NCBI RefSeq assembly: GCF_020745735.1
Contig: NW_026867534.1
Span: 1-59,549, forward strand
Direction: 5' to 3'
DNA from: Hemiscyllium ocellatum
Taxonomy: Eukaryota
DNA length: 59,549 nucleotides
Numbering within the stretch: the stretch's first letter is position 1; each line of letters opens with the position of its first letter. Both the position numbers and the translations under genes were made by a program. A model generated the notes under the pieces. It had not been told where the DNA came from. It was given only the letters and a program-made list of their open reading frames with translations, and ran no database searches. Shown one piece after another: positions 1-13,965 of the stretch.

Positions 1-1149
1 AGCAAAATTAGGGTGCATGGTATTGGGGGCAAAGAACTAACTTGGATTGAAAGTTGGTTGGCTGACGGGAAACAAAGAGTAGTGATAAACGGCTCCATTT
101 CAGAATGGCAGGCAGTGACCAGTGGGGTACCACAGGGATCAGTGCTGGGACCGCAGCTTTTTACAATATATATTAGTGATATAGAAGATGGTATGAGTAA
201 TAACATTAGCAAATTTGCTGATGATACTAAGCTGGGTGGCAGGGTGAAATGTGAGGAGATGTTAGGAGATTACAGGGTGACCTGGACAGTTTAGGTGAGT
301 GGTCAGATGCATGGCAGATGCAGTTTAATGTGGATAAATGTATGGTTATCCACTTTGGTGGCAAGAACAGGAAGGCAGATTATTACCTAAATGGAATCAA
401 TTTAGGTTAAGGGGCAGGAAAAAGAGATCTGGGTGTTCGTGTCCACCAGTCAATGAAGGTAAGCATGCAGGTACAGCAGATAGTGAAGAAGGCTAATAGC
501 TTGCTGGCCTTCATCACAAGAGGGATTGAGTATAGAAGCAAAGAGGTGCTTCTGCAGCTGTACAGGGCCCTGGTGAGACCACACCTCGAGTACTGTGTGC
601 AGTTCTGGTCTCCAAATTTGAGGAAAGACATTCTGGCTATGAGGGAGTGCAGCGTAGGATCACAAGGTCAATTCCTGGAATGGCAGTACCAACTCATGCT
701 GAAAGACTGCAGTGACTGGGCTTGTATGCCCTTGAGTTAGAAGACTGAGAGGGGATCTGATTGAGACACATAAGATTGTTAAAGGATTGGACACTCTGGA
801 AGCAGGAAACATGTTTCCGCTGATGGGTGAGTGCCGAAGCAGAGGACACAGCTTAAAAATATGTGGGAGACCATTTAGGACATAGATGAGGAGAAACTTC
901 TTCAGCCAGAGAGTGGTGGCTATGTGGAATGCTCTGCCCCAGACGGCAGTGGAGGCCCAGTCTCTGGATTCATTTAAAAAAGAGTTGGATAGAGCTCTCA
1001 AGGATAGTGAAATCAAGGGTTATGGAGATAAGGCAAGAACAGGATACTGCTTAAGGATGATCAGCCATGATCATATTGAATGGTGGTGCAGGCTCGAAGG
1101 GCAGAATGGCTTACTCCTGCACCTATTGTCTACTGTCTATTGTCTATTG
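1..1149 (+). mobile_element. CR1/HER1-type LINE, 3' part of ORF2 (RT), frameshifted, with microsatellite tail
   Basis: Translations [24 protein letters not shown] and [19 protein letters not shown]; (TCTATTG)n-like tail at about 1123-1149. Confidence 0.92.
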
Positions 1150-1189
1150 AGTGGAATATGTCGCTTCTTTAGAACACACAGTCAGTTGA

Positions 1190-2410
1190 TGCATTTTGAG
1201 AGAAGCAATGTAGAAAGGGAATATATATTTGATTGGCACAGACACAAAGAGCAGGACAGTGGGAATAGGGGACCATGTGTACAAATCATTAAAGGAGAGA
1301 GGACTGCAAAAAATATGGAGGGATGGCATTGAGGGTGAGTTGGAGGTTTGGATTAGGAATTGGCTGGCTGGAAGAAGATAGACGGTAGTAGTTGATGGTA
1401 AAGGTTCATCTTGGAGTGCAGTTACCAGCGGTGTTCCGCAAGGATCTGTTTTAGGACCATTGCTGTTTGTCATTTTTATAAATGACCTGGAGCAGGGGCT
1501 AGAAGGTTGGGTGAGCAAGTTTGCAAATGATACGAAAGTCGGTGGAGTTGTTGACAGTGAGGAAGGATGTGGCAGGTTACAGCGGGATATAGATAAGCTG
1601 CAGAGCTAGGCAGAAAGGTGGCAAATGGAGTTCAATGTAGGTAAGTGTGAAGTGATTCACTTTGGCAAGAGTAACAAGAAGATGGGGTACTGGGCTAATG
1701 GTCAGATTCTTGGTAGTGTGGATGAGCAGAGGGATCTTGGTGTCCAAGTACAAAGATCTCTGAAAGTTGCCACCCAGGTAAATAGTGCTGTGAAGAAGGC
1801 ATATGGCGTACTGGCTTTTCTTGGTAGAGGAATTGAGTTCCGGAGTCCTGAGGTCATGTTGCAGTTGTATAAGACTCTGGTGCGGCCGCATCTGGAATAT
1901 TGTGTGCAGTTTTGGTCGCCATACTTTTGGAAGGGTGTGGAGGCACTGGAACGGGTGCAGAGGAGGCTTACCAGGATGTTGCCTGGCATGGTAGGAAGAT
2001 CATATGAGGAAAGGCTGAGGCACTTGGGGCTGTTTTCATTGGAGAAAAGAAGGTTTAGGGGTGACTTGATAGAGGTGTACAAGATGATTAGGGGTTTAGA
2101 TAGGGTTGACCATGAGAACCTTTATCCACGTATGGAGTCAGCTATTACGAGGGGGCATAGCTTTAAATTAAGGGGTGGTAGGTATAGGACAGATGTTAGG
2201 GGTAGATTCTTTACTCAGCGAGTCGTGAGTTCATGGAATGCCCTGCCAGTAGCAGTAGTGGACTCTCCCTCTTTATGGGCATTTAAACGGGCATTGGATA
2301 GGCATATGGAGGATAGTGGGCTAGTGTAGGTTAGGTGGGCTTGGATCGACGCGACATCAAGGGCCGAAGGGCTTGTACTGCGCTGTATTTTTCTATGTTC
2401 TATGTTCTAT
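1190..2410 (+). mobile_element. Second, younger CR1 LINE 3' fragment (RT C-terminus open 1625-2329)
   Basis: 234-aa ORF with [15 protein letters not shown] and GLFSLEKRRFRGDLIEVYK; (TTCTATG)n tail at 2391-2410. Confidence 0.92.
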
Positions 2411-2550
2411 AAAGTGTTTTGAATAAAACAAATGGGATGCTGGGCTTTATTAATAGGGGGAATGATAACAAACTCATTGGAAAGATGCTGATCCTTGACA
2501 AAGCTCTAGTTAGGTCACAGTCAATCATTGCATTCAATTCTGGTCAACAG

Positions 2551-3290
2551 ATTCCTGGTCAGAATGAGGAAGATAAAATACCATCGAGGGGCCAGTTCCA
2601 TACCTTTTGCTTCTTTCAGGACTCCTTGGGGACTCAAGGGTTAAACATTCCCCTGCCAAAGGCCTTATTTCATCAACTGAAGGCCTGTACTCTTACAATA
2701 CAGACAGAACACCTCAGAAGTGGGGAGGCTGACAGGATTGCAAAATAGAACCTCTTGCAGCCACACATGTGGATTGCCCCATAACCCCAGACAGAGGAAT
2801 TTGCCCTTTCCAGACAAGACTGAGAGCCCTGGGCACAACCCTGTCAAACTGCCTCCCGCTCCCATTGTGTTACCTCCCCACCATATTAGCATAGGTAAGT
2901 GAATCCCCCATTTACTGAAGGAAGAACCCTTCTGCCTTAATCTCTTCCCATCAACACATAATCATGAACAATTCGATAATCAGTTTCTGTAATCCATCAC
3001 ACATTATCACAGGACATCGTCATTCATCAAGCTTTGTAAGGTCATAATTACCTGCTTTAAACTATGTAATGACAATTGCCCATGTGACTGATATGTCTTT
3101 GTCTAATTCCTATTAAATATACTGTCTCTGTGGGTAAGGCAGAGATTCATGAAGAACAGTCTCTGCAAGTAGACACTCGGCTACTTTAGAGACGCTTTGA
3201 AACTCTCGCCAACTGTCTAATAATAAAGCTACTGCTGTTGTGCAGAAAACTTGCATCGTCTGGATTTGTGGAACAAAATAGGTACCAACA
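2551..3290 (+). mobile_element. Solo-LTR-like insertion splitting an old CR1 fragment
   Basis: Degenerate CR1 reads ...QFWS at about 2535-2549 and resumes (KD...) at 3291. The insert has AATAAA at 3222-3227 and ends in CCAACA. No clean 5' TG end or TSD was found. Confidence 0.35.
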
Positions 3291-3929
3291 ATGAAGGATA
3301 TGAGTAATCCTCCGAGTGTGGAGTACAGACTTACTGGAGTGGTTCTCTGATGAAGAAAATACAGTCACTGGATTGATTTGAAGAAATTGCTATTTTCTTT
3401 GAAGTGAAGAAGTTGAACATATTTTTGATAGAGCTGTATAGGATTATAACAGACTTAGATATAGCAGACAAAAATATCTGTATTCGATAGGTGATGGCAC
3501 AAGAATTAAGATCAGATGTAAGGTTTTGAGACAGCGGGAGATGAGCACATGTTTCTGCTGACTGTATTGGCTGGAAATATGCAGAACATGCTGCCTATTA
3601 TGGTGGTGCAGGCAGAGGAGAAGATGAATGATTGATAAAAACAATTATATCAGATCTGAGGGAAATAAACTTGCAGAGTTTGGGGGACGTATGGGGAGTG
3701 AGAATATGGGATTCTGCGACAGAGAGCCAGCTTGGATTTGATGGGCCTCTTTCTGTGCGATAATGCATTTTATTTGGACTTGCTTAACTTGCTCTGGTCA
3801 CCGATTAAGTTGTCATTTAGGTAAATCTGCTCAGTGTACCCACTCAGACCAATACAGGCTGTCCTTCCTCAGCAGGAGATAATGTTTACTGCTTTATACT
3901 GGGTTCTTGGAGGGGGGAGGGGGGATGCT

Positions 3930-4165
3930 AACGGTGTGTGTAACAGTCTGCTCGCATTTATCTGAAATGGCAAAACACCAGTGCAGCCACACTAGGGGCA
4001 GACTCTGGAAATGTGGGGAATGCCAGAAGGGAATTCTTTACCCATCCCACCTGGAAACTGGCCAAATCAGACAGACTGGGGAGAAGCTGTTCACCTGCTC
4101 TGTGTGTGTAGGGGGAAGGGATTCACTCAGGCATCCATCCTGCTGAGACACCAGGGAATTTACTC
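3930..4165 (+). pseudogene. Degenerate C2H2 zinc-finger gene fragment
   Basis: HQCSHTRGRLWKCGECQKG and TGEKLFTCSVC resemble TGEKP-linked fingers; His ligands are lost and the frame is disrupted. Confidence 0.75.
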
Positions 4166-4334
4166 ATAACCACAGCTGAAGGACTTTTTTTCTCTTGTTC
4201 AAACCAAGTAATGAACAATGGTTTTGGCAGTTCATAAAGTGTTGTACATGGAGTACTTAGTTTTGGAAATGTTCACAACATTGTTGAACATGCAGATTCA
4301 CACTGGGTAGGGACTTTTATTTTCCTTTATTCAT

Positions 4335-4680
4335 TCACAGGATGAGGGTGTCGCTGGCCCGGCAGCATTTCCTGCCCATCCCTAATTGCCCAGAGGGCAG
4401 GTAAGAGTCAACCACATTGCTGTGGGTCTGAGGTCACAATGTAGGCCAGACCAGGTAAGGATGGCAGCTTCCTTCCTGAAAGGGCATTAGTGATCCAGAT
4501 GGGCTTTTCTGACAATCGATTAATGGCCATCATTAGACTCTTAAATTCCTGAGTTTTTTTTTAAAATTGAATTCAAATTCCCCCATCTGCTGCAGCAGGC
4601 TTTGAACCCAGGTCTCCAGAACTTTGTCTGGGGCTTTGGATTAACTGCCGAGCGACAAGACCACTCGGCCAATACTTCCC
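4335..4680 (-). mobile_element. tRNA-derived SINE, second family (not HE1)
   Basis: Reverse complement matches the + copy at 36470-36790 (CCTTACCTGGTCTGGCCTACA..GACTCCAGACCCACAGCAA core; B-box-like GGGTTCAAA). Confidence 0.75.
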
Positions 4681-7600
4681 CACATCGCTGTCCATCTGCA
4701 CAGAGTGAACAGCGATTTCCTGGATCATCAGGACTGGTTAATCACACATACGTTTGCTGAATAATTGCAGGAGTTGGATGTTGATTGGCTATTGACATCC
4801 ATCTCTGAACCATGTATTCTGGGGTTTGTTTCTGATGATGATTGGAAGCACCATCAATCTTGTATTTCCTGTCTTGGCTTATCAGTGTTCATGATACTGC
4901 ATGGAGCTTCTTGTATATAGGGCTTACAGTGCAAGAGTTTAGCTCTTTCCTTCCACCAACAGCAGTAGAATTGTACTCCAACAAAACTGAACGAATCACG
5001 GCCCAGCATATTCCCCAATTTACCTCTTATCATCAAACCAGAGGATCAATCCTTATTCCCCTGTGAGAATTCAGGAGGGCATGTCAGTAACAGCAGCATG
5101 GATACCTACAAATGAGGTGTTAACCTGATGAAGTTACCAAAGAGGACTACTTGTGTGTCAAACAGCATAAGCAGCGAGTGATCAACAGAGCGAAGCAATC
5201 TGGTAAACAACAGAACAGATCTAAGATCTGCAGTCCAGCCACATCCTGTTGTGAATGAAGTCAGAGCACAGCTGGAGTTCTGAGGACAGTTCTCTTCAAG
5301 ATATTAACCAACAAGAATGTCAGACTAGATTAATTATCATAAAACTCAAGTCGGTTTGATATTCATATATTTACAATCAGAGTTCAATTCACCAAATGTA
5401 GCTGAAGGTAAAGATAATCTTCAAGTGATTGTAACAGTGGAGACATCTGAATACTTGTTTAGCTAATTAAAGTCTGTTGTGTTGAGATAGTAATAATTTT
5501 AAAGAGATTTTAAAAAGTAAGGTGACTTGAGTATAATGGAAGAAGTTGATTGGTGGGTAGCTGATAATCTTGTTTTAGTTTGAAGCTAATTTAGGATTAG
5601 TTAACAAATAAACACATGGTAGGGAATCCCAGCCCCATGGAGTGCACATCCAGTTCCATGTGGGAAAACCAAGACACTTCTTGTGTGAGCGACAACCACA
5701 AGAACATGGAGGTGACACGGGAAATGTCAGGAACACTAGTTTGACTGCGGTTAAAGTACTGCACACACTTCTGATCCCCACATTCCAGGGTTGATGTGAT
5801 CACACCAGAGAGGGGACAGAGGGGATTGATCAGAATGTTTCTACAATTAGAGAACTTTCGCTCTGAGGAAAGATTGGATAGGCTGGGGAGGATTTCCGAG
5901 GAGGATGAGCTGAGATTTAATTGAAGTGATAAAATGCTGAGGAATACTGATCGAATGAATAGGAAGGAGCTATTCATTAACAGAGAGGTCAGAAACTGGA
6001 GGTTTTAGATTGCAACGAATTCTCAGAAAGAAGGGGGAGGGGAGAATTCATTTCACTCGGAGATGGTGGGGAGCAGGATCTCACCGATGGGGTGGCAGAG
6101 GCAGTAACCAGCATCACATTTGAGTAAGAGGACATGGATGTAACTGAAATGCTGGAACATGCAGGGCTGTGGTCTAAAGTCTGCAGAATGGGATCAATGT
6201 GAGTTATTGGTCATTTCTCCAGAATATTAAACTCAAGTCCAATTTGAGAATTTATGAGCATCATCAGATTTGAATTCCAAATGTCAGAATAAATTTATCA
6301 GAAAGTTGCAGCACAGATATAGGCCACTTGGCCCATCCTGTATGTTTTGGCTGTAATAGAATTATCCAGGCTTTACAGCATTCTGTACTCACCAATGATA
6401 GCAACAATTTCAGACTCTGAACTTGGCCCGATGTGTTATAATCTGTTTTTTCATTGATCGCTGCACACCTTGTTTCCTGGTTTCTTTCACAGCCATAACT
6501 CCATTCCCCGTGGCCTTGAGAGACGACTATTTCTGCTGTTTAATCTCTCCTGCCTTTCCCCTGTGTGACAGACTGTCTTTTTGTCCTGGTCTCACCCCCA
6601 CTTTAGTCACAACCTGTTACATTTCTGATGGTTCCCAGGCCTCCGTGACTTCACTGCGCCCCCCTGGGTCAATGGCATGAGTTTTGAATTCTCTTCCTCC
6701 AGAGATAATTGGAAATCTTTCTGGTTGCAGTTTCCCCCAGATTTTATTTTTAAAGACAGAGCATTTGCGTCAGAGTCAAATATCCGTGAGCCTTCATCCA
6801 CAATTCCGAGCATTTGGATGTAATCTGTGACCTGCCCACAGATGTACAGGTTTTCTCTATTGGCCGTGCTAACATGGTCTGTAGTGTGCAGGTTCAGCGG
6901 GTTGGGTTAGTCATGGTTAATGTGAGGTTTTGGAGGTAGGGTGGGAGAGCAGGTCATTGCGGGCTCGATGGACCGAATAGCCTCTTTCTGCACCTACGGG
7001 ATTCTGTGATTCTAACTAGTTGCGATTGTGGTCATGTTTTCCTCATGCCAGGTCATTTAGCTCAGGTACACATGCTGCCTTGGTGTTTCTGTGGGTGCTC
7101 ACTCACTCCTTTCCTTCAGTTTTACAGCAATTTCACACTGTATGTGAGGGCGAGAATGAATTTGTAAATACAAATACTCCAACTGAAACCCCTCACAGGT
7201 CAGGACCTGTTTCTGCTGCTGATGTCGCTCACAGGGAACAGGAAAATAAAGGTTCAGTCATACATCTTACAAGAACACAGAGGTTACAATCAGCAGGAAT
7301 GGCTACACAGCTTAAAATGCTTTTCTCAAGAAAAGAGGAGGCTGAGAGACAACCTGGTACAAACAGGAAGCTTTGTGCCTGTGTTTTCAGAGAGTCGAGG
7401 TTGAAATAATTGGGTTGGAAGCATGTTTCCTTGCCCCAGGCCATCAAAGGTGCTATCTATATGTGCATATTTATTTATGTCTATCTGTTTGAGTTAACAA
7501 TCAGATGGACAGGTCAGTGTCTGAGTGTTTTCCCAAATTTCTGATTGAATCTGCCTCCCCCACAATCTCAGGTGCCTCACCACTCACTGGGTCACGGAGA

Positions 7601-8678
7601 AACTCTGCCGTTACAATGAGAACTGTCTTTGCTGTCACCTTTCCTCGCGCTTCCGCCTAATCCCCACTTCCCTTCATTAAATCCCAGCTGCCTCTAGCCC
7701 ACCCACATGGGCATGTTGAAGAGCATGACAGGAGATTGGATTGAAACCGAGAGTTCAATAGCCAGAATGAAAGAGGAAGGAGGAAATAAACAGGGTTTGT
7801 AAATCCCAGGGGATACAGACTCCAGGATTAGTCCTAGTGGGCATTCCCGCAGTAATACGAGACAGCATTCCATGATGCCGGGTGGCAGGAGAGGGAGCCA
7901 CTGAACATGCGCAGGTTTAGTTCAAACACAGGAGGTTTGTTCAGTCAGTAACAGTGTGTTAGACATGGAAGTGAAGTGAACAGTGAGGGGAAATGTTGCC
8001 ACAAGCTGCAGATGGACAACTTTCACTGGAACAGGAGGAGGCCATTCAGCCCCTCAACCCTGCTCGGCCATTCAATATGATCATGGCTGATTTGTGGCCA
8101 AACTTGCAATTTTCAAAACTCTCCAAACTCCTCAATAAACTCCTCTCCAACAGACAAGATGAATATTGAAAAACTAATCATTTGCAAATGCTGGGAAATC
8201 AGAAACAAAAACAGAAATTGCTGGAATTATTCAGCAGGTCTGGCAGCATCTGTGGAGAGTGAACCTTTGGGCCCAGTGCCCAGTCAGGTGACCAGCTGCA
8301 GCTGACCATTCTGCCTTTTCTGGAACACTCTCTGGAACAGGTTCTGGTGGGAAGGGAATGAGATTGTCAATAACAACTGAGGAAACAGGAGGAAGTGCTC
8401 AACCAGAATAAAACCCATTTTGGTCTTTCACTTTTAATTCAACTGCAAAAATTATTCATTATCATTTTAGAAATAATAGGCCAGAAATCAACTCTTCATG
8501 TCATTGGGCCTGGGAAACTGTTAATTCTGACCTGGTCCAGCCTACATGTGAATCCAGACCCTGAATAATGGGGTTGACACTGAACCATCTCCTGAGCAGT
8601 TAGAATGGATGACAAATGCTGCCCCAGCAAGTGATGCCGTGATCCCATGAACAAACAAAACAAATCCAATCGCTGTGG

Positions 8679-8846
<168 letters not shown>

Positions 8847-10329
8847 ACTGGTCTCCTGTGACCGGGAGAGATGATATTCACCATCCCGGGGTGGGTACAG
8901 ATACCTCCAAGAGGGATTTAGTGAGAGTTGATCGGGTTAAACTGTTCACATTCATGAAAGAATCAATAATGAGGAGGCAGCGATGTAAAGGGATTGACAA
9001 AAGAAGCACATGTGACATGAGACAAAACGCTTTCATGCAGAGAAAGTTTATGGTCAGGAATGCACTGCCAAAGGGTGAGGTGGAGCCACGTACAATGAAG
9101 AGAATAGAATGGAACAGTTACTGGGAGAGAGCGAATGGGAAGGTTTATGGGGTAAAGGTAGAAGAGCAGCATTCAGTGAGGGGATCCTTTGGAGAGCTGA
9201 TGAGCCAATCAGCCTCCTTTTGCGCAGTAACCATTCTGTGAACATTTCGCTCTGAGCCCTCTAAGGCCCTCTGGGGAAATATCAGGAAAGACGTTTGGAA
9301 AGACGTCAGACTGAATGAGGGTCTCAGTGAACAAAAGCGAGACACAGATACAGAGAGGTTTCAGGATAGATTGAATCAAATGTTACCAATTTGCACGGCC
9401 ACCAACATTACAGCAACTACAAGTGGGAGTCAACAAGAGAGTGGAATTAGAGCATCAAATAAATCTTAAACATTTATGCAGTGAAAGGGGATGCTGGGTA
9501 AAGATCCCGCAGTTAGTGCTTATTTCATTCAAGACATATCAGCCAGGGAGCTCATCGTCCTATATCTATCCTATTGGGCTCTTGAAGAATTTTGTTCATT
9601 TCAAGTGTTTCATATTTCCGTCCTCCAGAGAAGACAGCTTCATGGTCCTCAATCTCTCCTGACAGGGCAAAGCTGCTGTTAGAATTCAATTCACTGGGGC
9701 GTGTTACTGACTGCTTCATGGATTGCAATTGGCAATTGAAACTGTAAGGTTACTGTATAAACTATCTTCAATTGTATTGCCAGATTGCCAGACACATGAG
9801 GGGCTTTAAGAAAAAGAACTTAACTTACAGGCATTGAGTGTCAGAGCACCTACTGTGGTGGGGGCATCCTGTTTAGATACAATCTATTGATAATTGTTAG
9901 AATTGACTTATACCGACTCCATAGAAGTGATCAGAGCATTATAATGGTCATCGAAGCTGGTAATACATTTCCCATGGGTTAAAAGTCATAAATGATAGCG
10001 TAGGAACAAGTTTGGCTAGTAAAGTCCAGTTATTCAAAATCATCCGAGTTTACTTTCAGAAACAAGTGAGAGAAAGCCACATTATAGCATTAGTCCAAAT
10101 TTAGAATTTCAGGAGAACTGAAGGGAGAGCTGGTGTTGGGAGCTGTAGTAATGAAGGAGATAAACTTGTTTTACAGAGAGAGAGTTCACAGCTTTAACTC
10201 AGCTTTAACATCACATTTAACACACTCAATTCCACTGGTCCTGAACATTATGCGTAATATGGAAGGGGAAAGCAGCATTCCCAGCCCAGAGAAACCGTTC
10301 GTGTTGTGCATGTGGTCGAGGATTTAACT

Positions 10330-10870
10330 GGTCATGTGATCTGGGAAGACACCAATGTGACAGGACCAGGGTGAGGTTGTGTAAATGTGGGGACAGTGGG
10401 AAGGAATTCACTTATCCCTCCCAACGGGTCACTCACCGACACAGTCACACTGGGAAGTGGCTGGTCACCTGCCCCATGTATGGGAAGGGATTTACTCAAT
10501 CTTGCAATCTGCTGAGGCACCAGAGAGGACACAGAGGATTTCGACCCTTCACCTGCTCAGTGTGTGAGAAAGGATTCATTCAAATCTCTCTCCTGCAGAG
10601 ACATCAGTGCATTCCCACCGGAGAGAGGCCATTCACCTGCTCCATGGGCGGGAAAGGTTCACTCAGTCTTCTGATCGGCTGAGACCCCAGCGAGCTCACT
10701 TTGGGGAAAGGCCATTCAGATGCTCACTGTGTGAGAAGGGTTTCAGTGATACATCCCTCCTGCTGATACACCAGAGGGTTCACACTAGGTAGGAGTTGTT
10801 TACCCCTCAGTGTGACAAGGGATTTGCTGCATCTTCAGAGAGCCCAGTGAGTGCACACAGGGAAGTGGTC
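10330..10870 (+). pseudogene. Decayed tandem C2H2 zinc-finger exon (about 5-6 fingers)
   Basis: [37 protein letters not shown] and [28 protein letters not shown] across frameshifted ORFs. Confidence 0.88.
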
Positions 10871-11139
10871 ATCCCCCTGCTCCATGTGGGGTAGAGTTCA
10901 CACATCACTGCAGGACTCTGATTCTGCAGTTATTGTCCATCAGAGTCAGGACTGCACCTTGTACATGATGACACTGTTGGAGTATTGATGTTGTGGTTGT
11001 TGTTAACCACATTAACTGGGCTGGAGTTGACAGAATTTATATTGCCACTTTCTGAACCTCAGGATGTCTCTCTGGGCAGTGAGTCTCCACAAACAGCAAT
11101 GTGACAATAAGCAGGGATCATCTGTTTTGATTTAAATTG

Positions 11140-11470
11140 TGACTGTAGCACTGCTGCTTCACAGCACCAGGTACAAGGTTGGAGTCCAGCCTTGGTCAAC
11201 GGCCTGTGTGGAGTTCCCACATTCTCCCCATGATAGTGTGGGTCCTCTCCAGGTCCTCTGGTTTCCTCCCACAGCCCAAAGATGTGCGGGTTAGGTGGAT
11301 CAGTCGTGCTAAATTGTCCAGTGTCCAGGAATGTGCAGACTAGGTGGATCAGCCATGGGAAATGCTGTGTTACAGGGATGGTGTGCTCAGGGTGGGATGT
11401 TCTTCGGATGGTCGGTGGGATTTGATGGGCCAATGCTCTCCTTCCACGTTATCGGGATTCTATTCTATGA
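11140..11470 (+). mobile_element. HE1-type V-SINE, diverged
   Basis: AGCACTGCTGCTTCACAGC head, V-domain GGTTTCCTCCCACAG..AAAGATGTG, CR1-like tail. Confidence 0.85.
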
Positions 11471-13149
11471 TTGAGGATAAAGGCTACACAGCAGGGTGTC
11501 CTTGGAGAAGGAGCATGTGGTGTGTATCAATGCTCTCGATGCCTTTAGATAGAGGTGGGCACTGCAGGGGGTACAGTACTTTATCTCTGTCGCTGCCCCC
11601 TCCCCCCCAACTCTACCTTGATTTACTCCCTTCTCACTTTGTCACTTGTAATGGTTTGTTTTGACCGTAATGGGCTTTGTTTGTAAATATTCAATTGGTT
11701 ACACGGCTGGTTTCCTGCTGGTGATTATATATTAACAAAAACCAAAATGGCGTCATGATGATTTTGATGCTGGGAAAGTTGCTCAGCTGTGTGTGATAAC
11801 ACTTCTGGGTCGGAGAAATGGGGGGGAAAGAACACTTCACAGCTCACAGAACGGGAATTGAAAAGCAGTTAAATCAAACCAAAGGTTCAGACAGGGAAGG
11901 AATATTTCCCTGGAGTTTGAGTAACTGGGAAGTGATGGTGTCGGGAATAGACAGGATTTTGTTTTATAGGGTGTTTGAAATTTTCAAAACTGTTATATTC
12001 AGATCGTTTCGATTATTTTACTTTTATTTCTTCTGGAATAAACTTTAACATGAGGTTTGCAAATTTGTTTTTTTTAAATGTAAAAAACAAATATTAAATA
12101 AAATCAATCAAACCTTCCCTCACTGAAAACTGATGTGGAAGTGTAATCTCCTGGAGAATCCCTGCCCTGCCTACTTCTTCCTACCCGAGGTCCATGACTA
12201 GATACATACCTGGGAGATAGCAGCAGGAGGCTATTCGGCCTTTCAATCCTGCTCCACCAATCAGTGGGAAACAGCTGACCATCCAGCTCAGTCTCCTGTT
12301 CCTGCTGGGTTCCAATCCCCTTAGAGATAGTTCTTCGAGGTAAATTCATCAAAGTCCTCCTTTGGCTTCACTGCCTTTTGTTCCAGTGACGTTGCTGTGT
12401 TACTGTGTGGGTGTAGACAGGGGTAATGTGATGGTGCTGCCTCCTGGAGGATGCACTCAGCATCCCCCATCATCCCTCATCATCCTGCAGGAACATCAAC
12501 TGGGTTTCAGCAACTAGAGATGGAAACCATTTCCAGGATATGGGCATCACTGGATCAGCCAGCATTTATTCCCCATCTCTCGTAACCCTTGAGAAGATGG
12601 TAGTGAGCTGCTGTCTTGAACCATTCGCAGTCCATTTGGCGCAGATAGACCGACAATACTGGGAGGGAGAGTGTTGCAGGATTTTGGCCGATTAACTCTC
12701 AGTCTTTGGTTTGTCCAACGCTGGTTAAATTAATCATGATCTGCACATGATTTTGAGATTTCAGTCTGTGAATCTTCACCATCCAGCACCCTGTATAAAG
12801 GAATATGTACAGATTAGAAATTCAGAACAGAGAATTCTAGTTTCTCTGGAATATCTTTTTTCCCTTTCTTCCCCCAAAGCTGTAACCCTCCAGCCCACAT
12901 ACTCTCTCCCACCATTCAGACCCTGCTGTACACCCTCCCCATTCTCATGGCTGATAAACATAGCCATACCACCACTTCCCGTCCCTGGTTAGACTCTGTA
13001 CCCTATCTGGGTTCACTTCCTTTCCCTTCAGTTGCTGCAAGTCAATAATGTAACCGCAGAATGAAACAAAAAGAAACAGAAAGGAAGGTGACAGATCCTG
13101 GACAGAAGAGGAACCTTCAGTCTGGGAGAATGGGTCAGAGCCTTCTTTG

Positions 13150-13600
13150 TTTCCCATTGGTCGATTCCCAGCATTATGACGCATTGGGGATGGAACTTGG
13201 TCCCACGTGGATGTGGTGACACCTTAACTCCCCGGCAGATCAATACTACAAGCAGATGTGTCCCTCTTCCAGCCAATCACAGTGTGAAATACTTTCCGCT
13301 AGTTACCCCAAAGCACATATTCCAAAACCCGCCCACATTCTGCATATGTACAGTGCCGGGTTACCCCACACAGGCCTGGTCCCTGCCTCTGGGATTGTGG
13401 GAGTTGTAGTCCCCAGGAAGCCACTGGAGCCCTGTCTCTGGAACGTGAATGAAAAGTGTGGGGTGGAGAGTGTGGGTATTGGATCCCCATTCAGACACGC
13501 AGGACATGTGAGCTGTCAATGGGTTTTGCTGAGACATCCACTTAGACAACCCAATTTCTGATGGAAGGAATATAGAATCAGCCAATTGCGGGTGGGAGGT
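13150..13600. promoter_or_regulatory. Orphan TATA-less promoter-like module
   Basis: CCAAT boxes at 13156-60 (reverse), 13273-77 (AGCCAATCA) and 13582-86; E-box CACGTG 13204-09; GC box CCCGCCC 13328-34; ZNF143/THAP11-type ACTACAnnTCCCA on the minus strand at 13398-13410. Confidence 0.55.
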
Positions 13601-13636
13601 TAATAAGGAGGAGCAGATTTTAAGCAGAGGTAGCTG

Positions 13637-13965
13637 AGTGGTTAGCACTGCTGCCTCACAGCATCAGGGACCCAGGTTTGATTCCAGCCTTAGGCGACTG
13701 TGTGAAGTACACACGTTCTCCCCGCGTCTGCGTGGATTTTCTCTGGGTGCTCCAGTTTCCTCCCACAGTCCAAAGACATGCAGGTTAGGTGGACTGGCCA
13801 TGCAAAATTGCCCAGTTTCCATGCATGTGCTGGTTAGGTCATTAGCCATGGGAAATGCAGAGTTACAAGGAGTGGATGTGTCTGAATGGGATGCTCATCA
13901 TAGGGTTGGTGTGGACTCTATGGACAAATACCCTCCCTCTGCACTGTAGGGATTCGATTCTATTC
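13637..13965 (+). mobile_element. HE1-type V-SINE
   Basis: GTGGTTAGCACTGCTGCCTCACAGC head, B-box-like GGTTTGATTCC, V domain. Confidence 0.88.

Noticed and set aside
11735-11743. Perfect RSS nonamer ACAAAAACC
   Set aside because: No heptamer at 12 or 23 bp spacing.
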